From Nitrososphaeria archaeon (GTDB taxonomy: Archaea > Thermoproteota > Nitrososphaeria > JACIWG01): a stretch of DNA of 64,000 bases. The stretch lies in the NCBI GenBank assembly GCA_963752255.1, contig CAVVXT010000019.1, forward strand, positions 256,001 to 320,000, given 5' to 3'. Below the pieces are notes generated by a model. It was given only the letters and a program-made list of their open reading frames with translations. It had not been told where the DNA came from and ran no database searches. The stretch's first letter is position 1, and each line of letters starts with the position of its first letter. A program made the position numbers and the translations under genes. Shown piece by piece: positions 39,547-50,237 of this stretch.

Positions 39547-39921
39547 CTATTCCCTGACCTTCATAATAAGCCACTGTTCTTTTCCCTCTTTTGACTGAAA
39601 TCTGATTAAATTATAGGTTCCATTTAGGCGTTCCCCTTTTAAACTGAATTTGATGCGTTTTTCCAAATTTTCTATAAGAGTGTATGTTCCTCTATCCCAA
39701 ATCGTAACTTTACCTGCACCATACTGACCTTCAGGAATCACACCACTGAAATTCGCGTGCTCCAAAGAGTGGTCCTCCACCCTTAAGGCCAGCCTCTTTA
39801 CCCCATACTCTTGTGGAACACCCTTCGGAACAGCCCACGACTTTAAGACACCGTCCATTTCAAGCCTGAAGTCGAAATGGTGGGTAGTGGCCCAATGTTC
39901 CTGCACAACAAAAATAGGCAT
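39547..39921 (-). CDS. stand-alone LigD 3'-phosphoesterase domain
   Basis: FVVQEH..HFDFRLEMDGVLKSWAVPKG, VEDH, YGAG.V.IWDRG. Confidence 0.95.
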   Translation of the reverse strand: MPIFVVQEHWATTHHFDFRLEMDGVLKSWAVPKGVPQEYGVKRLALRVEDHSLEHANFSGVIPEGQYGAGKVTIWDRGTYTLIENLEKRIKFSLKGERLNGTYNLIRFQSKEGKEQWLIMKVRE

Positions 39922-40153
39922 GTTAAAAATAGAGAGATGGCTATATAAGAACCTTACAGCAACAAATGGGTGACTTAAATACCTTAAATATATTCGTGAA
40001 AAGATTAAATAATAAAAATGTCTATTTAACGGCTAAGTGACATATGGACTTAAGAATAGATAAATATCCTCAGGGGCATGTTGTCCCTGTATTTTACTCT
40101 GGTAAAATGTTTGGAGAACTTTTCTTAGGGTAACAGTGTGCAGGTGTTTGAAT

Positions 40154-40843
40154 CTAAGGGCTGGCTAGGTAACTCTGGTTTAAGTCCCCATTGATTGAAT
40201 AGCCATTCTGCTCCCAATAACCTTTGAAGTCCGTATTATTGGAGACCTCTATTTTTGTGATCCACTTTACCCACTTATAGCCCCATTTGCCTTCCGCAAC
40301 GAGCTGAAATGGGAAACCTTTTTCAGGTGGTAAAGTAACGTTGTTCATCTTGTATGCGATCATAATGTTATTGCTGGTAATGTAGGCGATGGGCAAAGAA
40401 TCAGAATAGTTGTCGTAGCCGTAGAAAATGACTATCGTTGCACCTGGTTTTACACCTGCATCTGCTAAAAGATCTTTTATAAGGAAACCCTGCCAAAGTA
40501 TCGTGACACTCCATCCTTCCACACAGTTCAACGTAACAACTTTTTCATAGGATTTATACTTCGATATAACCTCATCGTATGTGAAAGTAAGGTTCTTGTC
40601 AACGAGACCCGTGACAACGAGTCTATAGGTACTTTTATTGATGTATTGGGGTCCATCGATGGAGACTTCTGGTTCATTGTTGATCGAGGAAAGCTTTTGA
40701 CCCTGGTAATCTGTTATCTCAGAAGTATTAAGTTTAGTTGTACTGCCCACAGTTGTATAGTAGCCCAAAATAGCCGCTGCGGCAACAACCACTATAATCA
40801 ATAAAATGAACGGGAGTCTCTTAACTGATACATTCCGCTGCAT
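40154..40843 (-). CDS. membrane-anchored molybdopterin-dependent oxidoreductase (sulfite oxidase family)
   Basis: CVEGWS, GFPFQLV, GYKWVKWI, GYWE. Confidence 0.9.
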   Translation of the reverse strand: MQRNVSVKRLPFILLIIVVVAAAAILGYYTTVGSTTKLNTSEITDYQGQKLSSINNEPEVSIDGPQYINKSTYRLVVTGLVDKNLTFTYDEVISKYKSYEKVVTLNCVEGWSVTILWQGFLIKDLLADAGVKPGATIVIFYGYDNYSDSLPIAYITSNNIMIAYKMNNVTLPPEKGFPFQLVAEGKWGYKWVKWITKIEVSNNTDFKGYWEQNGYSINGDLNQSYLASP

Positions 40844-41170
40844 TTATAGGCGATAATATAGCAGTGTTATACTTAAGTATTATGAAAATTCAGTTTTCAT
40901 TAATTTTCTAACACTTCCCTTTTTGTTGGAAAATAAGAAGATGATATCGGAAAAAAATGCCAGTTACAGAACAATTCTAGAGTTTGTAAAACAAGGGATA
41001 CCAAATTAAAGACAAGATTTCGCTTAAACGTAAAAAAAAGACTAAACCTTATTACACTTTTTTTCAGCCACTTAACTAATTTACATTGTAAATACTGGAA
41101 AAAAAATAATCAGAACTAGTAGCTGTACAGTCCTATAGATAATGTTTATTCCAAGGAAGACTTTTGGTTA

Positions 41171-42328
41171 TTATTTTACGCCTTCGAATGTACGACCAGC
41201 TTGAGCAACTAACTTTTGAATTGGAAGTTTTTGGGGACATTTTGTTTCACACTGTCCACATTGTACACAGTTCTTTGCTCCATTTTGAGCAGAAACGATT
41301 CCGTTGTACTTCTTGATAACTTCTGCTTGCGCAGCGGAATCCCCACGTTTTCTTCCATGTTCATTAGACAAAGCGAATATTTGAGGAATATTAACACCTT
41401 GTGGACACGGCATACAATATCTGCACCCTGTACATCCTATAAAGCCGAACTCACGATATTTTTCCCGCACTTTCTCGATAATTCTAAGATCCTCCTGTGT
41501 CAACTTTCCTGGTCCCGAACGACTTGCACTTTTGACGTTTTCTATTACTTGCTCCATTGTGCTCATTCCACTTAGAACAACTGAAACTTCAGGTTGATTC
41601 CAAACCCATTGGAGAGCCCATTCTGCTGGTGTCCTTTTAACTTTAGAGTCATCCCATATCTTTTGAATTTCAGTTGGCGGCTTAAGAGCTAACATACCCC
41701 CTGCTATGGGTTCCATAATTACAGCCCCCAGTCCTTTAGAGGCGACATACTTTAGCCCCTTTGTTCCTGCTTGAAAGTCTGTGTCCATATAGTTGTACTG
41801 AAATTGACAGAACGTCCACTTGTTTGTACTATCGATTATTTCCTTTAAAACACTAAAATCATCGTGGAAACTGAATCCAAGGTAACGGATCTTTCCCTCT
41901 GAAATTGCCTTGTCGGTCCATTCGATTACATTTAGGTTTATCATCTTTGGCCAACGTTCTTTATTTAATCCATGCAGTAAGTAGAAGTCTATTTTTTCTG
42001 TCTCTAATTTTTTTAACTGCTCGTTAAGGTATTTATCTGTGTCTTCCTTGGAATTTAATAACCAAGTAGGAAGTTTTGTCGCTAATCTTACTTTCTCTCG
42101 ATAACCATCTTTTAGTGCTTTACCGACTAATATTTCGCTGTTACCACCATGATATGGATACGCCGTATCAATGTAATTTACTCCATGGTCGATAGCATAT
42201 CTTATCATTTTTATCGCTTCAGCTTCATCTATCTTGGAACTATCACCACCTACTGTTGGTAGTCTCATTGCGCCAAAACCAAGCGCTGAAACCTTCCAAT
42301 TAAGTTTACCAAAATTCCTATATTTCAT
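41171..42328 (-). CDS. aldo/keto reductase with C-terminal 4Fe-4S dicluster
   Basis: GFGAMRLP, DTAYPY, CTGCRYCMPCP, CVQCGQCETKCP. Confidence 0.93.
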   Translation of the reverse strand: MKYRNFGKLNWKVSALGFGAMRLPTVGGDSSKIDEAEAIKMIRYAIDHGVNYIDTAYPYHGGNSEILVGKALKDGYREKVRLATKLPTWLLNSKEDTDKYLNEQLKKLETEKIDFYLLHGLNKERWPKMINLNVIEWTDKAISEGKIRYLGFSFHDDFSVLKEIIDSTNKWTFCQFQYNYMDTDFQAGTKGLKYVASKGLGAVIMEPIAGGMLALKPPTEIQKIWDDSKVKRTPAEWALQWVWNQPEVSVVLSGMSTMEQVIENVKSASRSGPGKLTQEDLRIIEKVREKYREFGFIGCTGCRYCMPCPQGVNIPQIFALSNEHGRKRGDSAAQAEVIKKYNGIVSAQNGAKNCVQCGQCETKCPQKLPIQKLVAQAGRTFEGVK

Positions 42329-42801
42329 ATTAATCCCAACGCATGGTGCACATTTGGAATAATATAATTATTTTAGATATGATCCCTTATCTTAATTATA
42401 GTAGGATAAAGACCATGAATGCAGGTAAATAATTCTAAGAGTAGTCTAGTCTTTTTTTGAATGTTTATCTTCTATGTACTGTTTCGACTCTTTGAGGCTT
42501 TTAAATCCTATGAAGCAATAAGGACAATACATTATTTTTAAGGGTAGTAAGGAGGATTTTAAAAAATATGATCTCTCATCTTTAATCAAGAAAAAATCAA
42601 TGTTCTATCTTGGCTAATAGATAATGCTTTCACTTACGACACTAAAAAGATGCAGAAAGTCTATTTTACGTGATGCCATCCATATTCTTCATAAATCTTT
42701 TTGCCTTTTTGGGCTGCGAGCTATTATTAAGCTTGGAAAAGACTGTCAAGTTTAAAAGATCACAAATAAACTAATTAAAGTCGTCAGGTAGACTCTACAA
42801 C

Positions 42802-45162
42802 GTGCAGATAGAAAGTTACGATTTATTTCTTGAAATAGACTTCAAAAACCTAAAGTTTGTAGGAAAAACGCTCATAAAACTTGAAACGGAGGGGGATGTA
42901 GTCCTAAACTCTCTTGGCCTTACTATCCTTAACGCCGGAACCAACACTAGGTCTTACCCTTTTAATCAAAGAGAAGAAGATCTAATAATTAAAACAGGGC
43001 CTTTCAATGGGACACTAGAAATTGGATACTCTGGTCAGATCCCTGATACACTAGTCGGAATCTACAGAGCGCCTTATGGGAGCACTTACATGATAACCAC
43101 ACAATTTGAAGCCGCACATGCGAGGAGAATGTTCCCGTGCTTAGATCATCCAGGTTATAAAGCCGAGTTTAAGCTAGCTGTGAAGATAGACAGAGAGCTG
43201 GATGCTATTTCGAACATGCCTGTCGAGTCGTCGGAAACAGAAGGTGATATGAAAACCGTCTCCTTCCAAAGGACACCGAAGATGTCGACGTACCTGCTCT
43301 ACTTAGGTATAGGAAAATTTGAGAAGATTAGTGACAGGATAGGCGACATCGAAATAATTGTGGCTACAACGCCTACTAAAGCAAGCAAGGGGGTGTTCGC
43401 ATTAGATGCCGCCAAGAAGTCTTTAGAATTCTACCAGACATACTTTGGTGTTCCATACCCTCTTCCAAAAATTCATCTAATAGCTGTACCTGAATTTGCC
43501 GCAGGTGCCATGGAGAACTGGGGCGCGGTAACTTTCAGAGAAACAGCACTTCTCGTTGACGAAAACAGCAGCTTCAAGACTAAAAAGAGAGTGGCCGAGG
43601 TTGTAGCCCACGAGCTTGCGCACCAATGGTTTGGAGACTTAGTGACCATGAAATGGTGGGACGATATTTGGCTGAACGAGAGCGTTGGAACATTTATGTG
43701 TTACAAGGCGATGGATGCCATCTACCCGAGTTGGAAGGTTTGGCAGGACTTCTTAAATGACGAAACTGCAGGTGCTTTTGCTAGGGACTGCCTAAAAAGC
43801 ACTCACCCCATAAAAGCATATATCCAAACTCCTAGTGAAATAGAGCAGATTTTCGACAGCATAAGTTACGGTAAAGGTGCAAGCATTCTTAGGATGATCG
43901 AAGCGTATATGGGACCCGATGACCTCATGAAAGGCATATCGAACTATCTTATGGAACACAGTTACTCTAACGCAGCTGGAGAAGATCTTTGGAATTCTCT
44001 TGAGAAAATATCGGGAAAGCCGATAAAGTCAATTATGAGCGAATGGATAGGAAAGCCTGGATATCCAATTGTAACCGCAGGAATTAGAGGAAACAGCTTA
44101 GTGCTAAAGCAGAATCGGTTTTTACTGATAAACGGGTCCAGAGAAGACGTTTGGAGAATACCAATTGATATGAAGATCAATGATAAAGAAAGAACTTTGC
44201 TCTTGGACAGTAAAGAGGAAGTTATCGAGGCTAAAAACTTGAAGTCCCTCAAGTTAAACGTTGACCAAACAGGTTTCTACAGAGTTTATTACGAGGAACT
44301 CTACGAAAAAGTATGGCAGAGTAACCTTTCAGCTTTTGAAAGGTGGGGGATAGCGTCCGATTCCCTGGCCTTCCTACTGGCTGGCAAGCTGTCTTTCAGC
44401 GACTACCTTAGCCTTGTGAAGAGATACTATAATGATCACGAATATCTACCGGTCCTCGAACTTTCTGATCAGCTTGCTTTCCTATACTCGATTGTTCCAT
44501 CCAAAGTTTCCGAAGTTTCAAGAAGGTTCCATAATTTACAGCTAGAATCCCTTCAGGAAAAGTCTGAAGAGAACAGTTCAATGTTATACGGCATTATAGC
44601 TGGAAGACTAGCTATGTTGGATGAAGACTACGCTAAAAAATTAGGTTCAAACTTCCACAGCTACGACAAGATAAAACCAGATATGAAAGACGCAGTCGTA
44701 ATAGCCTATGCTAGGGCAAACAGCGACCTTGAAGGTGTTGTAAAAAAGTACAGGGAGAGCGGTTCAGATGAAGAGAGAATACGACTTCTTAATTCTATGA
44801 TGCTCTTCAAGGAGCCTTCACTTGTTGCACTTTCGTTTGGATTAGCTCTCAGTGGCGAGGTGAAAAGACAGGACATAACGAGCATGATTTTAATGGCCAC
44901 AAGAAATCCAGATGCCAGAGACGTTGCCTGGATGTGGATGAAGATCAATGTACAAAAGCTCAGGAAACTATATGAAGGTACAGGTAGACTATCGCAGGTC
45001 TTACTTTCTACTATACCTATTCTTGGAATCGGTAAGGCTGATGAGGTTGAGAAATTCTTCAGAGAGAACAGAATACCTGAGGCTGGGAAGGGGATTGAAG
45101 CAGGTCTGGAGAAACTCAAAGTATACGACAGATTTGTTAAAAGCACCAATTTCGGCGATTAG
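42802..45162 (+). CDS. M1 aminopeptidase (tricorn-interacting factor F2/F3-like)
   Basis: GAMENWG, HELAH-x18-E, SYGKG. Confidence 0.95.
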   Translation: MQIESYDLFLEIDFKNLKFVGKTLIKLETEGDVVLNSLGLTILNAGTNTRSYPFNQREEDLIIKTGPFNGTLEIGYSGQIPDTLVGIYRAPYGSTYMITTQFEAAHARRMFPCLDHPGYKAEFKLAVKIDRELDAISNMPVESSETEGDMKTVSFQRTPKMSTYLLYLGIGKFEKISDRIGDIEIIVATTPTKASKGVFALDAAKKSLEFYQTYFGVPYPLPKIHLIAVPEFAAGAMENWGAVTFRETALLVDENSSFKTKKRVAEVVAHELAHQWFGDLVTMKWWDDIWLNESVGTFMCYKAMDAIYPSWKVWQDFLNDETAGAFARDCLKSTHPIKAYIQTPSEIEQIFDSISYGKGASILRMIEAYMGPDDLMKGISNYLMEHSYSNAAGEDLWNSLEKISGKPIKSIMSEWIGKPGYPIVTAGIRGNSLVLKQNRFLLINGSREDVWRIPIDMKINDKERTLLLDSKEEVIEAKNLKSLKLNVDQTGFYRVYYEELYEKVWQSNLSAFERWGIASDSLAFLLAGKLSFSDYLSLVKRYYNDHEYLPVLELSDQLAFLYSIVPSKVSEVSRRFHNLQLESLQEKSEENSSMLYGIIAGRLAMLDEDYAKKLGSNFHSYDKIKPDMKDAVVIAYARANSDLEGVVKKYRESGSDEERIRLLNSMMLFKEPSLVALSFGLALSGEVKRQDITSMILMATRNPDARDVAWMWMKINVQKLRKLYEGTGRLSQVLLSTIPILGIGKADEVEKFFRENRIPEAGKGIEAGLEKLKVYDRFVKSTNFGD

Positions 45163-45956
45163 AATCCGCTTAAAGCCAAAATTATCAGGGTTGCTCCGAG
45201 TAGCCAAGAGTATAACGCGAAATAGTGGAACCTTTTATTTACGACAATTGCTAACAGCAGCTTCAGAGCGAAATAGCCCACAATCATCGCTACAAGAACG
45301 CCTATGAGAAGTTCAGTCCAACTTACCCCTGAAACCACAACCTGGCCGTGCTGCTTGTAGATTTCTACGAACAAATCTCCTAAAATGGCAGGGATCGAAA
45401 GCAAGAAGGAGAACTTGAAGGCTTCTTCTCTCTTCAACCCAAGAAGAAGGGCGGTTGAAATCGTCACTCCACTTCTTGACAGCCCATGGAATTCTGCGAA
45501 ACCTTGAGCTGTTCCTATCACAGATGCCCTTAGAAAGGTTACGTTTTTGATTTTTTCTTTAGCGAATCTTGACGAGTAAACAAAGCTCCCACCGATAATA
45601 AAGGCTATTCCAATAGGGAGGATACCTTGAAGGCTGTCCTCCAGGAATTGGACATATGATAGGCCAATTACGCCTGTAGGAATTGTTGCAACAATTATTA
45701 CCGGTATCAATTTTCCATACTCAGATCCGAAATCCCATTTAACAATAGCGGAAAGAATGCTCTTGACTTCTTTCCTGAAGAAGAAAATAACGACAACCAG
45801 AGTCCCAACGTGAAGTAAAATATCAAATAGTGGCGTTGCCGCTAGACCCAAAAATTTTGCCAGAATTATTAGATGAGCACTGCTCGATATTGGTAACCAC
45901 TCTGTTACCCCTTGAATTATGCCAAGAATTATAACGTTAATCAATTGCTCATACAA
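45159..45956 (-). CDS. uppP: undecaprenyl-diphosphate phosphatase (BacA/UppP family)
   Basis: QGVTEWLPISSSAH, HVGT, GLSRSGVTI, FSFLLSIP. Confidence 0.9.
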   Translation of the reverse strand: MYEQLINVIILGIIQGVTEWLPISSSAHLIILAKFLGLAATPLFDILLHVGTLVVVIFFFRKEVKSILSAIVKWDFGSEYGKLIPVIIVATIPTGVIGLSYVQFLEDSLQGILPIGIAFIIGGSFVYSSRFAKEKIKNVTFLRASVIGTAQGFAEFHGLSRSGVTISTALLLGLKREEAFKFSFLLSIPAILGDLFVEIYKQHGQVVVSGVSWTELLIGVLVAMIVGYFALKLLLAIVVNKRFHYFALYSWLLGATLIILALSGF

Positions 45957-46278
45957 CAGTGATCACATTTAATTTAGTCTAACTTTGACTTTAAAGGTTA
46001 ATTAAAGTGGTTTAAAAACTCATATTAACAATTAATAAATATAAAATTGGAGACTTGTTCTAAATGAGCGGAGCTTCAAAGGTGCATTTTACGGCTTAGC
46101 AAAATAAAAAGCTAATAAGATAAATTAATCTTCCCATTACTTTTATTCTGGCCACTTCAGGTAGATGTATATCCAAAATCGGAGCGACCGTATCTTGGTT
46201 CAAGCTCTATCTCCGTTCTGTAAAAGGTTTTAAAACACTCTGACTTTATCCAAAATGGGAGCGTGTGTTAGAAGGACT

Positions 46279-47955
46279 ATGTCAGAGATGTTAGATGAGA
46301 AAACAAAAGTGCAGCTTCGTGAAATCTTGGAGGATTTGGATTCTCCAGTAAAACTATTATTTTTCACTCAGGAGAACGCCTCCCCATCATGCGCCCATCA
46401 GAAAGGACTTCTAGGGGAGCTGGTTTCACTCTCAAACAAACTTGAGATCAAGATCTTCGACTTTATACTAAATGGTGAAGAGGCTATGAACTACAAAATA
46501 GATAAGATACCTGCCACGGCTGTAGTTGGGAATAAGGATTTTAGAATTCGATTTTATGGTGTTACCGCCGGATACGAATTCAATTCGCTTTTAGAGGCTA
46601 TTTTAATGGTTTCAACTGGTAATTCTGGTCTGGATCCTCAACTGGAAAAACTTGTTAAGGATGTAAAGGAGCAAGTTCACCTCCAAGTGCTCGTGACGTT
46701 AACGTGCCCCTACTGTCCAAAAATGGTCCATATCGCTCATCAGTTCGCCTTTGTCAACGAAAATATCCGTGCGGACATGATCCAAGCAGAAGAATTTCCA
46801 CAGCTCGTACAGAGATATAATTTAACCGCTGTGCCAAAGACCGTTATCAATGAAGTACATTCCTTTGAAGGGGCTCCGCAGGCTGGAGCCGCGTACTTAG
46901 AGATTCTGAAAGCTGTCAGCCCTGAAGAGTACAGGCAACTAGAGGAAGCCCTCCATAAGGTCCAAGGAGTAAGCAAGGTTAGTAAGGCAGATCAAGAACA
47001 TGAGTATGAAGTTGCGATTGTTGGAGGAGGACCTGCTGCCATGTCCGCCTCAATATACGCAGCCCGAAAGGGTCTAGATGTAGCTTTAGTTGCAAGGAAG
47101 TTGGGAGGACAAATAACGTATACCGCAAACATTGAGAATTACCTTGGCCTTCCGGGCATCGTAGGAACAGACATGAATCAAGCGTTCCGAAACCATTTTG
47201 AAAACTATCCGATCGCGGAAGCTCTCGGAAGAGATGTCGTACAGGTGAAAAAAGATGCCAATGTTTTCTTGATAATTACAGACGATAACCGACAGTTCAA
47301 GGCGAAGTCCGTGATTTATTGCGCTGGAAAAGAATACAGTCGACTAGGAGTGCCTGGGGAGGAACAGTTTATTGGAAAAGGGATCGGGTTCTGTGCTACC
47401 TGTGACGCTCCTCTCTACCAAGGTAAAAGTGTTGCAGTTATTGGAGGAGGTAACTCGGCATTCACCGCAGTGCGTGACCTAACCAACTTTGCCTCAGAGA
47501 TTCACTTGATCCACCAAAGGAAAGAATTTCGAGCAGATGATTCTTTGGTACATGAAGTCCTTAGAGCAAAAAATATTGTAGTCCACACCCCGATGGTTGT
47601 TCGCTCCTTCCTCGGAAAGGACAAGCTGACAGGTGTCAGACTCGAATCCGTTGACGGTGTAGAAAGATACGATCTAAACATAGATGGAGTCTTCCTTGAA
47701 GTTGGCCTGACACCAAACACGGGCCCCCTACGTGACCTCTTACAATTGAATGAAAGAGGTGAAGTGCCTGTGAACAAGGATCAATCAACAAGTGTGAATG
47801 GGTTATTCGCAGCAGGAGACGTTACAGACGTCGAAGAAAAGCAGATATCTATTGCAGTGGGTCAAGGAGCCCTAGCTGCACTTACGGCACACAAGTACCT
47901 TGTCCAAAATGGTTTGACTGGAAGCATGATTGGCATAAAAGAGTCATGGCAGTAA
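46279..47955 (+). CDS. protein-disulfide oxidoreductase + thioredoxin reductase fusion (AhpF-like)
   Basis: Two Trx folds (SPSC, CPYC) then GGGPAA, CATCD, GGGNSA, AAGD. Confidence 0.9.
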   Translation: MSEMLDEKTKVQLREILEDLDSPVKLLFFTQENASPSCAHQKGLLGELVSLSNKLEIKIFDFILNGEEAMNYKIDKIPATAVVGNKDFRIRFYGVTAGYEFNSLLEAILMVSTGNSGLDPQLEKLVKDVKEQVHLQVLVTLTCPYCPKMVHIAHQFAFVNENIRADMIQAEEFPQLVQRYNLTAVPKTVINEVHSFEGAPQAGAAYLEILKAVSPEEYRQLEEALHKVQGVSKVSKADQEHEYEVAIVGGGPAAMSASIYAARKGLDVALVARKLGGQITYTANIENYLGLPGIVGTDMNQAFRNHFENYPIAEALGRDVVQVKKDANVFLIITDDNRQFKAKSVIYCAGKEYSRLGVPGEEQFIGKGIGFCATCDAPLYQGKSVAVIGGGNSAFTAVRDLTNFASEIHLIHQRKEFRADDSLVHEVLRAKNIVVHTPMVVRSFLGKDKLTGVRLESVDGVERYDLNIDGVFLEVGLTPNTGPLRDLLQLNERGEVPVNKDQSTSVNGLFAAGDVTDVEEKQISIAVGQGALAALTAHKYLVQNGLTGSMIGIKESWQ

Positions 47956-48205
47956 CATAAAAAACAAATATCATGGTTCTTAGATGCAATTTTGTCCTCC
48001 TTTTCATGTCTACATAAGATTCAAGCTTCGACATGATACCATTTATCATTAAATCTTGGCGTCAACTAGACAGCCTTCTAGACCGCACTTCTTACAACTT
48101 TTTTTGAAGTTTATAAAATTACATAGACGAACCGGAATTTATTAAACTTCTCAAAGAGTCAGCGAAGCTGATTTAATGAATAGACACAAAAAGGAAATGA
48201 ATAGA

Positions 48206-48983
48206 TTACACATCCATCCCATACCTGTGAATATCCTTCCTAGGATAAACTGCTACCTTAGGAACAATAACTTTTTTATCCCGAGTGGCAACGAACAGGA
48301 TAACTTCCGCGACATCTTCAGCTTCCAACGAAGTTTCCCAATCGTTTTCCATTTGGGGCGTCCAAGGTTTTCCGGACATGTCAAACCCTTTTCTATACTG
48401 TTCTGTTTTAATATGGGACGGAACTATAGCAGTGACACTTATACCTGTACTTTGACTCTCCTTTAGAAGTACCTTTGTCAATCCCATTAAGCCGTGCTTG
48501 GCTGATCGGTAGGATATTTCCCCTGGGGAAGCGGCAATGCTACCAGATGTCGATGACACGTTTATAATTTTGCCTTCATCCTGTTTCTTCATTATTTCGA
48601 AGGCTTCCTTACAGCATAGAAAAACAGCCGTAAGATCAACAGAGATTATATAATTCCATTCTTCCAACGTAGTATCCCCTATTGAGGAAGTGTACGACGC
48701 AACAGCGGCATTATTCACTAGAACATCTAGACGTCCATGCTTCTTAACAACCTGCTCAAAAAGCCCCTTCACTTGATCCTTGTCTGTAAGGTCCGCACGA
48801 AAATAATCACATCTTCCGCCTGTTTTTTTAATTTCGTCCGCGACTTCACGCAGAGCAACTTCATTTTCTAGCCACTATAACTGTTTTGGCTCCCTTTTGA
48901 CTGAACATCTTCGCTGTTGCCTTTCCAATACCCCTGCTTCCGCCTGTTACAACACAAACTTTGCCTTTTAGATCATATGTCAC
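48206..48983 (-). CDS. SDR oxidoreductase, split by a +1 indel at 48864-48867
   Basis: GTG 48983: TYDLKGKVCVVTGGSRGIG..; second frame NNAA, YRSAK. Confidence 0.85.
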
Positions 48984-49215
48984 ATTCGATTATTTTAGTC
49001 GACAGTATTTAACTTTTGTATTGTAAAGGCTGAAAAATTTTTATCATTGTGCGTTTAAATAAGATACCGATGTTAGCATTTAAAATTTCTAATAGAATAG
49101 CTAAAATTCAGCCGAAGAAAACAAAGTATATCTTGTAGGAAAAAGGAGAAAGGGACAGAACAACAAATGTTCCGGTATAATGATACTTATCTATGGTTTG
49201 TGAAGTTAGACATAG

Positions 49216-50217
49216 ATGAAAAGCTGTTCGCAGAGGAGGACCAATTCTACGAACAATGACGATTTCAAAAGCCTTTCAGAGGCGGTGGTGGGGGCAATTG
49301 GAAATTACTTCGTCAGCGACCCTATTGTTCTAGAAAAACTGTTGTGCGCTGCGCTCTCGAACGGGCACATATTATTTGAGGACAATCCAGGACTTGGGAA
49401 GACCCTCTTAGCCAAGGTCTTCTCGAAGGTTACCGGCTGTAACTGGGGGAGGGTTCAATTTACACCCGATCTTTTGCCAGCTGACATCACTGGCACTCGC
49501 GTCTGGAAGGGTTCAGATTTCACGGTGGAGAAAGGTCCGGTTTTCACCAACATACTACTTGCCGATGAGATTAACAGGTCCCCTCCTAAAACCCAGTCCG
49601 CTCTTCTGGAAGCTATGGAAGAAAGGCAGGTTACAATAGAAGGTAACACTTACAAGCTTGAGAAGCCTTTCTTTGTCATCGGAACCCAGAATCCTATAGA
49701 GCTGGAGGGTACTTTTCCTCTTCCGGAAGCTCAATTAGATCGTTTTCTGCTGAAGATGTCAACAGGGTATGTTAAAAATCTAGACCTCGAGAGCGAAATC
49801 TTGAGAAGAAGGATAAAGTGGGCTTTAGACGATCCGACAGAAAGGGTTGAACCAGTTGTTAAACAAAAAGATTTCTTAGAGATGCAGAACTATGTCGAAA
49901 ACTTTCTGTACGTTGACGAACAGATTCTAGATTACATCAGCAAGATAGTCAGGGGGACTAGAGAGCACACGGCGGTCGAAGTTGGTGCTAGTCCGAGGGG
50001 AGGGCTGGCGTTGCTTAAGGCGGCGCGAGCTCATGCCGCGGTTCAGGGCCGGGACTTCGTTACTCCGGATGACGTTAAAATCTTTATCAGAGAGGCTCTA
50101 TGTCATAGGATAATATTGAAGATGGAGTATGAAATAGAAAATCTTGTAACAGCAGAAGAAGTTGTTGAAAGCGTAGTTAAAAAGGTTGAACCTCCGATAG
50201 ATTTTACTAAAAAATAA
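49216..50217 (+). CDS. MoxR family AAA+ ATPase
   Basis: PGLGKT, FTPDLLPAD, DEINR, TQNPIE, PEAQLDRF, SPRG. Confidence 0.96.
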   Translation: MKSCSQRRTNSTNNDDFKSLSEAVVGAIGNYFVSDPIVLEKLLCAALSNGHILFEDNPGLGKTLLAKVFSKVTGCNWGRVQFTPDLLPADITGTRVWKGSDFTVEKGPVFTNILLADEINRSPPKTQSALLEAMEERQVTIEGNTYKLEKPFFVIGTQNPIELEGTFPLPEAQLDRFLLKMSTGYVKNLDLESEILRRRIKWALDDPTERVEPVVKQKDFLEMQNYVENFLYVDEQILDYISKIVRGTREHTAVEVGASPRGGLALLKAARAHAAVQGRDFVTPDDVKIFIREALCHRIILKMEYEIENLVTAEEVVESVVKKVEPPIDFTKK

Positions 50218-50237
50218 AACTCGTAGTTGATAGTAGC

